From the sequence record KC690136: 64,000 nucleotides of DNA. One strand, given 5' to 3'. A program made the position numbers and the translations under genes. The stretch is from Escherichia phage JES2013. Of this stretch, positions 1 to 9,806 are shown one piece after another (the first letter of the stretch is position 1; every line of letters begins with the position of its first letter). The notes under the pieces were generated by a model. The model ran no database searches and was not told where the DNA came from. It was given only the letters and a program-made list of their open reading frames with translations.

Positions 1-279
1 AGCACAATGGAGGGTTCTGTCTCTGTCCTGCTCCAAAAACGCAAGCAATCCAGACGTACGTGTCTTACCATACACTACAGAGCAAGGTGCAGCAGAAGAT
101 CTGAGAAGCTTTTGTCTATCTTGCTGACTTCTGTAAGATTTGTTGCCCTCAAAAATCTTATCCAGAGTTCTGGTGGTAACAGTGTTCAGGCTGTCAGCCA
201 GAGCTGCCTTGGATGCGTTCCAGTCATAACTTGAAGATCTTGCAGAAGCAACGATGTTATCAATCATTGCAATTGGCAT
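1..279 (-). CDS. hypothetical protein, 5' part only (start ATG at 279-277, open to window edge)
   Basis: Reverse-strand reading frame open for 93 codons from ATG at 279 to position 1; overlaps stop of upstream gene as TAATG; lies in tail gene block. Confidence 0.4.
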   Translation of the reverse strand, partial: MPIAMIDNIVASARSSSYDWNASKAALADSLNTVTTRTLDKIFEGNKSYRSQQDRQKLLRSSAAPCSVVYGKTRTSGLLAFLEQDRDRTLHCA

Positions 280-716
280 TAATACCTCCAGACATCAACA
301 ACGATAGAATCTTTCATGTCGAACATAAAGACCCCTTTATCACCTTTCGCCCAAATCTGGTTGTTCCAGAACACACCAGCGGTGAGCCCGTTCAGACCTT
401 CGAAAATGACAATATCTCCACGCTGAACCTGTTTAGGAGTATCCAGCCGAGTCATAAAGAGATCAAAAATAGTAGGCAGGTGTGTAGTTTTGAAACGAAG
501 CATGCACCATCTTTTGCTTTCCAACTCTGTTTTATACGTTCCTTCGAAGTTGGAAAGAAAATCTGTTCCGTATTGGGCATCAACACACTTAGCCGCAAAG
601 GTGCAACAATCGTGGAATCCCCATTCAAAAGGTATGGTGGCCTCTTCGTCAAACACTTTCCACAATCTTTCTTGCCAATCCACTAAACGAGGGTGTGTGC
701 TCATTAAACCTCCCAA
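279..716 (-). CDS. hypothetical tail-region protein
   Basis: 145-aa ORF in co-directional tail gene block, tightly packed with neighbours. Confidence 0.5.
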   Translation of the reverse strand: MGGLMSTHPRLVDWQERLWKVFDEEATIPFEWGFHDCCTFAAKCVDAQYGTDFLSNFEGTYKTELESKRWCMLRFKTTHLPTIFDLFMTRLDTPKQVQRGDIVIFEGLNGLTAGVFWNNQIWAKGDKGVFMFDMKDSIVVDVWRY

Positions 717-1270
717 ATGATCGGGCGGCTCGCCACCTGATCCACATATTTAAAAAATCTGTCATTATCGTTTCTTGAGCTGTGGCTTTCCTCCGTGTAC
801 CGATAAGGAAAACCTCTTAACCAACTATTGAAGATGGAAGAGATGGATATGGACAAAGCACTATTCTCCCCTGTCTGAATAGCCATATCTGTTATAAGGC
901 CGTCAAACAAGCCATTAGTTGTGACAGGCAGACCATTCTCCATAGCGGTAATGTACAACGTGGCACGACAACCGGAATACTCCGTCTTCAGAAGATCACC
1001 CACATACTTAGGATCAAACCCGTTCAATGTCGCTACCACAGATCCGAAGTTGGTGGCATCTTTCTCAGACACAGCAGTTAACGTTGCTGATCCACCTATC
1101 CCTATAAAATGTTGCCCCTCAATTACTACAACACCAGTGCCTGAGCACACCCTGACAGTTCCTGTCGGTAGCTCCAGCTTTGCAGCAATTAAGATCTCAA
1201 CACCATCAAGCTCCAGCTTTTCAAGAAATAAATTATCTAATGGCGCTCTGATCATCTTAGAAATCCTCAA
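704..1270 (-). CDS. hypothetical tail-region protein
   Basis: 188-aa ORF, overlaps neighbours by a few nt in operon-like arrangement. Confidence 0.5.
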   Translation of the reverse strand: MRISKMIRAPLDNLFLEKLELDGVEILIAAKLELPTGTVRVCSGTGVVVIEGQHFIGIGGSATLTAVSEKDATNFGSVVATLNGFDPKYVGDLLKTEYSGCRATLYITAMENGLPVTTNGLFDGLITDMAIQTGENSALSISISSIFNSWLRGFPYRYTEESHSSRNDNDRFFKYVDQVASRPIIWEV

Positions 1271-1847
1271 AGAAGTTGATAACTATATTATCACCTTTTT
1301 GCATAGCATCGACTTTTTGCTTAATTTTATAAATATCTCTGATATGAAACCTACCCTTCGGGGATTGAGTTATTATCTTCATAGTGTCCCCTGCGGCAAT
1401 AGGTTTTCTAAGTCTTGGAGATATGCTTATAACAGCAGACCCAACACCATCGCTACGCACTGGAGCTGTTACCACTTTCAATTCATCATTGACAGATATT
1501 TTATCCCCAGCTCTGGCTATGTCTCTGTTTGGCTCCCACCCTACCGTCTTCAAAAAATCGTCGTTACCAGTAGGCCCAAGGGCGATTGGCTCATTAGCTG
1601 TTACCGAGTGACCGTAAGTTTTAATAAGAAAGATGTTTCCATCTTTATACACCTGATCAACAAAGCTCTTAAGCTCTAGCAACTGTGACTCGCTGATATT
1701 GGAGACCGTCAAAGTGCCTTTCCAGTTAGGTGTGGCATAGGTTACTTTTTGCGTTTTACCTGTAAACGGACTTTTAAACGTAACAATATCTGCCAGCAGC
1801 TCCAATCTAATATCTGGAAGGTATCTAGGCCTTTCCCATAAAAACAT
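1257..1847 (-). CDS. hypothetical tail-region protein
   Basis: 196-aa ORF directly downstream of the long tail fiber gene. Confidence 0.5.
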   Translation of the reverse strand: MFLWERPRYLPDIRLELLADIVTFKSPFTGKTQKVTYATPNWKGTLTVSNISESQLLELKSFVDQVYKDGNIFLIKTYGHSVTANEPIALGPTGNDDFLKTVGWEPNRDIARAGDKISVNDELKVVTAPVRSDGVGSAVISISPRLRKPIAAGDTMKIITQSPKGRFHIRDIYKIKQKVDAMQKGDNIVINFFEDF

Positions 1848-1910
1848 TGTGCCTCCAGGTTAAACAATCATGATAGTTATTTTACCAGATTTTAAGTTAA
1901 TACGCAATAC

Positions 1911-1940
1911 AAACAAAAAGCCCCCGCCGAAGCGAGGGCA
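1911..1940 (-). terminator. putative rho-independent terminator after tail fiber gene
   Basis: GC-rich hairpin (gcccccgcc gaag cgagggc) followed on the minus strand by a U-run (plus-strand A-run 1911-1919). Confidence 0.4.
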
Positions 1941-1946
1941 AAACAG

Positions 1947-4900
1947 TTACTTCAGTTTCTCTTGCAACCCAGTAACAACCTCTGTCAATTTTTTAACCTG
2001 CTCCTCAAGGTCGGTTATTTTATCGTCCTGTTCCCTGCAAACCTGGACAAGCAAGCCTGTTACAGCTGCGTAATCCACGCTGTAGAATCTTTCCTCTGTT
2101 ATCAAAGGAGTTCCATCTTGATCAGGGTTTGGGATTTCCTTTCTTTGCACGAAAGAGCTAACTGCTTCCGGCAGCGCTTCAAGCACTTCTTGTGCTATAA
2201 CACCTGCATAAGGCATACCGTTCTCTTTAAGAGTGTAAGTATAACCCTTCATCTTCCGGATAGCTTCTAACGCATCAGGAATAACAGCTATGTTATCTTT
2301 CAGATCTCTGTCAGAACTCTGATTGACAGATGTGCAATTCACAGCGCCGTTTACAGAAAGATATCTTGATTTATCTGGCAAGGTACCGCAATGCCATACC
2401 CAATTTGATTGAGACTCGTCAAGAACCTTAAACTCTAACACGTTTGGACGATCTCCTGTGCTGCCGTTACCCCAATAATACATATGGGCGGCATTAGCAG
2501 GCATGTTGCCACCGTTATTAGTAACATGACTTCCAGAAATATATACCTTTAACTCTGGGGTTGGTATTTCCCCTTCCGGGGTTGTTCCTCCATACCTGAA
2601 GCTAACACCATTACCACCTGTTTGGGTCCACGGGCCCCAAGTGAAGACCTGTTTCACCATATTCCCATAACGTGTAAATCTATCGCCATGGTAGGTAATA
2701 TATTCTTGAACACACCCATCACCGTTATTGGCGTTATTTTGCAACACAATAAGTGTTCCGGCCTCATTTACGGGATAATGACGATCATATGTTGCATCAT
2801 TATTTGCAGGCTGATGGTAAATACCTTCCCACAATCCGTGATAGGTGTTAAGGTCTGAAGAACCAAGACCTTGACCCCTGTGTTGCATAGCCTTATTCCA
2901 GGGATGGTGATTACCACCTTCTATAGACCTGGTGTATAAGTTACTTTGTCTGCCAGCAATCTGGAAAGCGTAGTTTCCCGAGAATCCTACAGATAACCCG
3001 CCTACAACCATGGTATCTTGTGGGCCGTTAACATTACCAGCTATTATTTTTGACGGGTTGTTAGGCCCAAACTGGTTGTTCCAGTCTGCACCCGTGTGGC
3101 ATACAAAACCGCCCGGAGCTGAGAAAGTGCCATCTTTGTTGAAGTTGTAGAATCTATGAGCTGTGCCTACAACATCACGAACAATAACTTGAGCAGCTTC
3201 TGGAGTAGATCTGAACTCTGCCTGTCCTTGCAGTCTTGCACCATTACCACATTTAGAGGTAAAGGTGTTGTTGATCAGATCCTCTGTTCCTTCCGACGCA
3301 GCCTGGAACCCTGCATTAGAGAACAGTGCTTTTCGAGTGGTCTGACTACCAGGGCAAAGGTAGTCAATACCGTCTGCCCATAGCTCGACTTTAGGCATAT
3401 TCATTTTGCTCATCACAGCATAGCGTTCAGCAGTGCCTATATAGTGCCACTGTGTGCCGCCACCAGTGTAGAACCCTGAAGTACCTTTGAAGTCAACAAT
3501 AGGTCTGGTATTGGTGTTGTTATCTCCAAGAACAGCGAGATTCAAATCTGCTGACTGGAGAGGTGCAACGAACTTAACACCGTCCTGATTGTTTGTTACA
3601 GAGCCGACCTGGTAATCTTGCTCTCTGGTAAACACTTCGACAACATTTCTACTTGCGTATATGCTGACAGGGAAAGCACGAGCCTCTACATAGAAAGCAA
3701 CATACTCTTGTTTACCCCTTGTTGGAGCAACCATCCCAAGAAGTGCTTTTTCATTCTGGTAGAAATTTACTACCCCGTAGAAAGAGTCTCCTCTGTCTGT
3801 CCAACCACCAGTCCTATAGTGACACTGTAAGGTAGCACAGTTCATAGGGTCATTTCCAGATGACGATCTGGTAACTATGGTAATATCAGTACCAGTTGCT
3901 GGAGCATAGTACGGATCTGTTCTAACGATGATCGGGTAGTATTTCCCATCTTCCATCCCTGCGGTTCTTGGCAGTGTTAAGAAGTCTTTCACACCTGCTG
4001 CTATAGGAACTTTGAACAGATTCTGAGCATCTGCTAAAGTTGTAGCCCCAGTACCACCTGCGGCTTGAGGTAAAGGTTCCCACTTGGCCTTCCGGTTGTT
4101 ATAAACACCCCATTCCAGAGTGCCGTTACCGGATTCGTCCATCCCACCATCCCAGACAACCATCTTGGCGGCTTTCTTGGACCCCCAGAAGCCTCTTTCT
4201 GCCCCTGAACTACGGATCCATTCTCCAAGACCCCAGTTTGTCAGCTGACCAGTAAGATCCCCAACCTGCATGTATTTAGGGCAGTCTAACACGCCATCTT
4301 CGCGGAAACCTAAATATCTATGAGTTTCAGATCCTTTTGCACCTTTGTGCAGGTGGATTGTCAACCAAGCCTTATTGTCGTTTCTTACCTCAGAGTAGAT
4401 CCTATATCCATGCTCAAGGACACCGTCAGCGCTGTATTTGTCCCCGTTAACAATACCTGATGCTGACTTAACATCAGCAGAACTTTGAGACAGGTAAAGG
4501 TGCCCAAAGGTAGGGGAGTTTCTAGACCCGAGACCGATGTGCGCTCTAAAGGTATCATCGTTACGAGGTCTGACCATCGGCTGCCATGCAGTCCACTGAT
4601 TTGTGTTGGCCTGATAGGTTCTTAAATACCAAACATCTACGTTAGAGAATGGATAGTATTCCTGACGACAACCTGTACCGCCGTTAGCATTGTTCTGCCA
4701 AACAATCAGGTGACCAGCACCAGAACCTGCAGGGTAACCATTTGCCTCAGTTGCATAAGCAGTCATCGGCTGGTAGTATACACCATCCTGATTACCAGTC
4801 AAGTTATTGATATTGAAATTTGGCTCAAGGGCTGCACGTTGCTTATAGAAAGCACCGATATTGATACGGACTCCAGCGGCATCTCTAGCCCCTGTGCCGC

Positions 4901-5765
4901 CTTGCTCTATAGCAAGAGGTTGCCACGAGGCTGTTTGTTGGTTCCACATACCCCAACGGCCTGTTGCGTCAAGCTGCAAGTACCCTGCCGTGTTTAAATC
5001 ATCTCCAGCACGGATAACTGTTCTTGTTGGGTTGTTTGCCTCCAGGCGTTTAAATTCATCACGAAGTGCTATTCTTTTCGTTGTTGCTACACCGTTGGTT
5101 ACTGCAATGGTGTACATGGCTCCGGTGGTAGCGCCACGGAAAATACCATCAACAGTTGTAGTATCACGACGAGATACCACACCGTTCAGAAATTTTTCAC
5201 CAGCTGCTGCAGAAGGGTAGTTGGTAGTTCTTCCCTCTTCAATAACTGCAGGGCCAACAAAGTTATCAAGGTGAATAACATCGCCTACAGTGTGCACTGT
5301 ACCAAAATCTACACGCTGTGCAAGTGCTTTGGCATCGTTAGCTGTCTGAACAGTAACATCCATTACATCCTGGACAGACTGCCCTTCGGCTGTCATGATC
5401 ATAGATGCGCCAATGGTAGATTCCAGCTCCTCCCTTAAGGACGGGTCTGTATATACCGTCCATGCAGCGTCAGTAATCCCACCATCGGAGTACGGTGAAG
5501 ACAATGCAGGAACAGTGTGCGGAAATTCGCCTTTCCAACGCAGGTAGAGGTCTTCCTCTTCGAAGTAGGCAAAATCCATTGGGCCGTTTAACTTACCACC
5601 TTCCTTAAAGGAGATTACATGAGAAACAGTCCCATCAACATGGACAACATCGCCAATTTTTACACGACGGGTCAGGTCTGGTTGTTGAACAACCAGGTAA
5701 TCATCCTCTGTCACTGCGGTAGTGGCAGGAAGAGATTCAATTCTGACAACTTTAATATCAGCCAT
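1947..5765 (-). CDS. long tail fiber protein with C-terminal intramolecular chaperone (peptidase S74-like) domain
   Basis: 1272-aa ORF; C-terminal ~120 aa (SSDRDLKDNIAV...YAGVIAQE...coiled coil) matches the auto-cleaving chaperone domain of phage fibers and endosialidases; Gly-rich repeats; internal duplicated segment. Confidence 0.75.
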   Translation of the reverse strand: MADIKVVRIESLPATTAVTEDDYLVVQQPDLTRRVKIGDVVHVDGTVSHVISFKEGGKLNGPMDFAYFEEEDLYLRWKGEFPHTVPALSSPYSDGGITDAAWTVYTDPSLREELESTIGASMIMTAEGQSVQDVMDVTVQTANDAKALAQRVDFGTVHTVGDVIHLDNFVGPAVIEEGRTTNYPSAAAGEKFLNGVVSRRDTTTVDGIFRGATTGAMYTIAVTNGVATTKRIALRDEFKRLEANNPTRTVIRAGDDLNTAGYLQLDATGRWGMWNQQTASWQPLAIEQGGTGARDAAGVRINIGAFYKQRAALEPNFNINNLTGNQDGVYYQPMTAYATEANGYPAGSGAGHLIVWQNNANGGTGCRQEYYPFSNVDVWYLRTYQANTNQWTAWQPMVRPRNDDTFRAHIGLGSRNSPTFGHLYLSQSSADVKSASGIVNGDKYSADGVLEHGYRIYSEVRNDNKAWLTIHLHKGAKGSETHRYLGFREDGVLDCPKYMQVGDLTGQLTNWGLGEWIRSSGAERGFWGSKKAAKMVVWDGGMDESGNGTLEWGVYNNRKAKWEPLPQAAGGTGATTLADAQNLFKVPIAAGVKDFLTLPRTAGMEDGKYYPIIVRTDPYYAPATGTDITIVTRSSSGNDPMNCATLQCHYRTGGWTDRGDSFYGVVNFYQNEKALLGMVAPTRGKQEYVAFYVEARAFPVSIYASRNVVEVFTREQDYQVGSVTNNQDGVKFVAPLQSADLNLAVLGDNNTNTRPIVDFKGTSGFYTGGGTQWHYIGTAERYAVMSKMNMPKVELWADGIDYLCPGSQTTRKALFSNAGFQAASEGTEDLINNTFTSKCGNGARLQGQAEFRSTPEAAQVIVRDVVGTAHRFYNFNKDGTFSAPGGFVCHTGADWNNQFGPNNPSKIIAGNVNGPQDTMVVGGLSVGFSGNYAFQIAGRQSNLYTRSIEGGNHHPWNKAMQHRGQGLGSSDLNTYHGLWEGIYHQPANNDATYDRHYPVNEAGTLIVLQNNANNGDGCVQEYITYHGDRFTRYGNMVKQVFTWGPWTQTGGNGVSFRYGGTTPEGEIPTPELKVYISGSHVTNNGGNMPANAAHMYYWGNGSTGDRPNVLEFKVLDESQSNWVWHCGTLPDKSRYLSVNGAVNCTSVNQSSDRDLKDNIAVIPDALEAIRKMKGYTYTLKENGMPYAGVIAQEVLEALPEAVSSFVQRKEIPNPDQDGTPLITEERFYSVDYAAVTGLLVQVCREQDDKITDLEEQVKKLTEVVTGLQEKLK

Positions 5766-5800
5766 TCTTTCTCCTGAAAGGGGGCAAACAGCCCCCTATG

Positions 5801-8398
5801 TTAAAGGTACAATCCACGGTATTGAGCATAGAGGCCCAGACCGCGAAGGATTTCGCCAGAGTGATAGCCCACCGGATCAGAAACTGCCCAGCAGCCGTTT
5901 AAAACATTATCACCATTGATGAAGTGGTGCTTTTGCAGTAGCTTCATACAGGCTTCTACAACAATATCTATTTGAGGTATTGTCTCTGAATACCCGCACA
6001 GACCTAGCCAGCAGCAACCTGCAAGCCATTCACCTACCACCCACATCCTGTCCCCTCTGTCTTGATAAGAATATCCCCCAGAGGTGTTAAAGTCTGTAGG
6101 CAGATTTCCTGAATGAGATGACTGGAATCTGTTGAGGAACCATGCCCATTTCTGGCAGAACAGGAATAATCTTTCATCAACAGGTTCTTTATGTTTCTTG
6201 AGCTCATAGATTGTGCGGCACGCAGCAACAAAAGATCTTGACTGGAGCTTGGAGTTATCTACCATCTCCCACCAACCAGTCAACCCTTCATTACCTCTTT
6301 GCCATACATAACGTGAGGCAACTGGACCCTCTGTCTTAAATGTATTATTATACCAGACTTGAGCGTCATACAGAAAGCCTATTGTATTTGACAATCTATG
6401 GCGATCTATGTTTTCTGCACCCATGCAGTAGACTGCCGGGTATTGCATGCCTGGGTAGGGCCAATTTGGCCTTTCCTCTAAGAGATAGTTTTCCTTATCT
6501 ATCACCTTTCCGGCAGGGAACACACCTGGTGTGTGCCTGTATGCACCTTGCTTGTAGTTTCTGACATAGCAATCGCCAACCTTAGCGGTTGATTCTGTCT
6601 TGCTTGCCATCCATACGCTAAACCAGATTAGATAAGCATCCCTATCTGCAATATAGAATTGCGGCAGCGTGTTGACGCAATATAGATCAAACAAGCCATT
6701 ACCTATCTGCCTGTCGCTTAGGCTGAAATCTACAGAGGTGAGCCCCTTAGGATTAGCAAAGAAAGGTTTAATCTCTTCTTCAGTGTGATGAGGTTGTGTC
6801 GGATCTAGTTTGAAATCTCCTAGAGTAAGAGTTTCTGTTATCCACTGTCCATTAGTGGCATATAGATCAGCATACCATAACCACCTGTCTTTGTCAAGAA
6901 ATTTGACCCTTACCATCTCATCATCTGATCGATAAGTTACTGAGTTTAAAGAAATCTCTCTTCCAAAATTGAAAGTTACTTTACCTCTTGCTATATTACA
7001 ACGGGTGAAGTTGTCAGAGTGGTTGTAAATGTCGGTATCATACTGCATACTAACACTAGCGCCACCACTTACGACAATGTTTTCCTCTTTAGGTAAGAGA
7101 TATGGATTACCGTCTTTACCAACCACCTCTACGAAATCAGTAACCTTGGCAACTATTTCTGTTACCTCTGCCCCTCCAAAAGGAACACCTATCCTGTACT
7201 GTTTTTTGTTATTGTTGCCATCATTAAGGATGAAATGTGGCTGGAACAGAACCCCTTCTCCTCCGAAATTCATAACAATTTCAGCATCTCTGCCTATTTT
7301 GTATGTAGTCCCTTTTTGAATTATTTCGCAAGGCTGGCGTGCGTTCATTCTAAAATTGATATATCCGTCACTGTCCCTGCTCATGACAGGAACTGTTCCT
7401 GCAACAAGACAAGTACCATCTGTAAACGGTGCCTTAATCAACGTGGTCTTCCTAAACAGTTTGTCGTAGGCGTTTATATCACTGAAATTAAGCAACTTGT
7501 TGTAAGACTGTTCAAACGCGGTGTAATACTTTTCCTCACCTGTCAAGGTGTAGAGTTGATAACAAGCGTCACACCACATTTCTTCCCCGTCCAACTCTGG
7601 GGCCTGATTATCTGCAACCACGTTTATGGGATTTACAATTACAGGGGATCCTGCAGGTATCACCGATCCACCCTGCTCTTGAGGTAATCTTACACAATAG
7701 GTCACTTTGTGGTTGCCTGTAACACCCTTATCTTGTAATTGGATTGTGCCAAACTCTACAGACGTATGACCACTATCAGCTATACTACCGTTAGCCCAAT
7801 AGCGATTACCATCCCATGCTATATACCACTCAACCCACCAACTTAATCCGGATGTTGTCCAATCTGGGTTAGCATCTGTGCCACCGTAAACATCAGAGTC
7901 TACAGTGTTTCTTCCTAACACGCCGTTATACGCTTGGAATGCCTTGTCCAGGTATTCCCCCCATGTCGGAGATCCAGCTGGGATTTTTCCTCTACCATTG
8001 GTAAAAGACACCACCACATCTTTAAACCCACCATGTGATGGAACCCCATCTGTGGATAGAGGGTAGTGGGACAATCTTTGCATTTTACTTTCTACTGCAT
8101 ATGCACCCAGAAGATGACTATTGTAAGCTTCCCAAGCATCTTTTGCCCTATCCAGATAGAAATCGCTTTTCGATGCTCTGTATGCTTCAATGTATCCCAG
8201 AATCAACACAGCTTGGGACTCATGCATTGCCCAATCATTATTTATCTTATTACCTGCCCACCCTGCAGCTATAAGACCATCAGGGTTTACTAGCTTATTT
8301 TGTGTAGGGGTGTTGGTAATACCTGTGTTGTTATCGAGGCACTTCCTGTGCCCCTCAATCATCTGAAATACGTTATCAATGTTATGTTGAATACGCAT
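5801..8398 (-). CDS. large tail fiber/tailspike distal protein, possible carbohydrate-active domain
   Basis: 865-aa ORF immediately downstream of the 222-aa anchor-like protein; helix-rich N- and C-terminal regions flanking a beta-rich core; no motif confirmed. Confidence 0.4.
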   Translation of the reverse strand: MRIQHNIDNVFQMIEGHRKCLDNNTGITNTPTQNKLVNPDGLIAAGWAGNKINNDWAMHESQAVLILGYIEAYRASKSDFYLDRAKDAWEAYNSHLLGAYAVESKMQRLSHYPLSTDGVPSHGGFKDVVVSFTNGRGKIPAGSPTWGEYLDKAFQAYNGVLGRNTVDSDVYGGTDANPDWTTSGLSWWVEWYIAWDGNRYWANGSIADSGHTSVEFGTIQLQDKGVTGNHKVTYCVRLPQEQGGSVIPAGSPVIVNPINVVADNQAPELDGEEMWCDACYQLYTLTGEEKYYTAFEQSYNKLLNFSDINAYDKLFRKTTLIKAPFTDGTCLVAGTVPVMSRDSDGYINFRMNARQPCEIIQKGTTYKIGRDAEIVMNFGGEGVLFQPHFILNDGNNNKKQYRIGVPFGGAEVTEIVAKVTDFVEVVGKDGNPYLLPKEENIVVSGGASVSMQYDTDIYNHSDNFTRCNIARGKVTFNFGREISLNSVTYRSDDEMVRVKFLDKDRWLWYADLYATNGQWITETLTLGDFKLDPTQPHHTEEEIKPFFANPKGLTSVDFSLSDRQIGNGLFDLYCVNTLPQFYIADRDAYLIWFSVWMASKTESTAKVGDCYVRNYKQGAYRHTPGVFPAGKVIDKENYLLEERPNWPYPGMQYPAVYCMGAENIDRHRLSNTIGFLYDAQVWYNNTFKTEGPVASRYVWQRGNEGLTGWWEMVDNSKLQSRSFVAACRTIYELKKHKEPVDERLFLFCQKWAWFLNRFQSSHSGNLPTDFNTSGGYSYQDRGDRMWVVGEWLAGCCWLGLCGYSETIPQIDIVVEACMKLLQKHHFINGDNVLNGCWAVSDPVGYHSGEILRGLGLYAQYRGLYL

Positions 8399-8399
8399 C

Positions 8400-9068
8400 T
8401 TAGATAGCTCCTGCGATAATCAGTGCCCCGTACCAAGTTAACCCGTTGTCGTAGGTTTCCAACTTGAAAATGTCTGTTGCACCAGCTGTAAATGTTAGGA
8501 TAGGATCTCTTCCGTAGGACCATTTAACATTACCAGGCCAATAGACTTTGTTGCCGCCAGAGGTCTGAGTAATGCATACGGTTATAGTTCTCGCCACCCC
8601 TTCAAGACCTTCTGTTTGATTTTCAAAAGAGATTGTGGTATTTGAAGTTAGTCGAACTTTAAAGGTATCCGCAACTTCAAGATCCATATCAAGCTGACCA
8701 CCGATAGATCCGTAATCAACTATTCTGCCAGAAGAAGTTGCAGCAAGCTCACCAAAAACAGACCAGGCATTTGCAGACACACCCCCAGCACCCTCTACCG
8801 TGGAGTCTGGGAGGATTATTTTAGGATAATCCCCGTTCCACGTGTAGTAGCGCTTAGTTTCTGGATCATAAGCAAAGTCCTTCTTGCTCTTAAGATAACC
8901 ACCCTCTGTGAAATAGACTATCTTAGTAATGCTAAGATCGTTGACAACATCGTCAATCTTAGCCTTTCTTGTCCCATCAGTCTGGTTGACAACCAAGAAG
9001 TCATCACTCAGGACTGTTTCTGCATCTTCAAGATCTGGAATTGGTATTGTAGGATAAGCTACAGCCAT
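8400..9068 (-). CDS. short tail fiber/adaptor protein sharing the N-terminal anchor domain of the long fiber
   Basis: 222 aa; first ~100 aa align with N-terminus of the 1272-aa fiber (DDFLVVNQTDGTRKAKIDDVV vs DDYLVVQQPDLTRRVKIGDVV; EGGYLKSKKDFAY vs EGGKLNGPMDFAY). Confidence 0.55.
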   Translation of the reverse strand: MAVAYPTIPIPDLEDAETVLSDDFLVVNQTDGTRKAKIDDVVNDLSITKIVYFTEGGYLKSKKDFAYDPETKRYYTWNGDYPKIILPDSTVEGAGGVSANAWSVFGELAATSSGRIVDYGSIGGQLDMDLEVADTFKVRLTSNTTISFENQTEGLEGVARTITVCITQTSGGNKVYWPGNVKWSYGRDPILTFTAGATDIFKLETYDNGLTWYGALIIAGAI

Positions 9069-9077
9069 GATTTCTCC

Positions 9078-9794
9078 TTAGTTAACATCAATAGCACGAC
9101 CAGACTGGTTGGCAATAGCCTCGTCATTAGAGGTAGCAATAACACCAGAGTATTCGCGCTCATCTGGAGCAAGCGTCCAGGTATTGCGGTTAATGGTTTG
9201 TTCTGCCTCAGTCATCAGCAGATCTTTATCCTGAGTCAACAGAGAGCCTACAGGGATCGGGTTTTCCATCTCAGGACCAGCATACTGGTTCCACCATGTG
9301 GCATCTCCGGTTCTAGGCAACCTGAAGTTGATCAGATAGTACAGTTTATTAGCCCACTTAATCCAACCCTCATCATCACAGAGAGAGGTTGTCCCAGAAT
9401 CAGGCTGTGGGTAGGTGAACTGATCAAGACCTACGAAAGCCAGCCTTACAATCTCGTTCTCTTTGGTAACAACCTCAAAGAACGCTTGGTATGTTCTCGA
9501 TCTTCGATCCATGGTAGACTGGAAGTTTATGATGTTTAGCACATCCGGCTCTTGTCTTGCCACTTCCATAATCTTGTTATCAAGAACAGTCTTCATGACC
9601 TTCTTACTGAGAAAGTCCATATAAGGGAAGCCAAACAACTCGTCAAAGTACCAGCTCCCCTTCCACGTATTAAACCTCATCCACAAGCGCTGGCGCAGAC
9701 TTACCTGGTTTGAATCTATCAACTCAAGACCTTTGTCTATCGCCAAATCACCTGTCTGTGGGTCCATCAATATATCACTGTAAAGCGTAGCCAT
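9078..9794 (-). CDS. hypothetical baseplate/tail protein
   Basis: 238-aa ORF in tail module. Confidence 0.45.
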   Translation of the reverse strand: MATLYSDILMDPQTGDLAIDKGLELIDSNQVSLRQRLWMRFNTWKGSWYFDELFGFPYMDFLSKKVMKTVLDNKIMEVARQEPDVLNIINFQSTMDRRSRTYQAFFEVVTKENEIVRLAFVGLDQFTYPQPDSGTTSLCDDEGWIKWANKLYYLINFRLPRTGDATWWNQYAGPEMENPIPVGSLLTQDKDLLMTEAEQTINRNTWTLAPDEREYSGVIATSNDEAIANQSGRAIDVN

Positions 9795-9806
9795 GAAAGC
9801 CCTCTA

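Noticed and set aside
213-720. Plus-strand ORFs 213..686 and 490..720 overlapping the minus-strand gene 279..716
   Set aside because: They lie antisense to a co-directional block of tail genes and have no RBS or operon context; treated as shadow ORFs.
921-1679. Plus-strand 252-aa ORF inside the tail gene block
   Set aside because: It is antisense to two well-packed minus-strand genes and has low-complexity composition; likely not coding.
2622-5220. Multiple 60-120 aa plus-strand ORFs inside the long tail fiber gene
   Set aside because: All are antisense to a 1272-aa ORF with recognisable domains; spurious.
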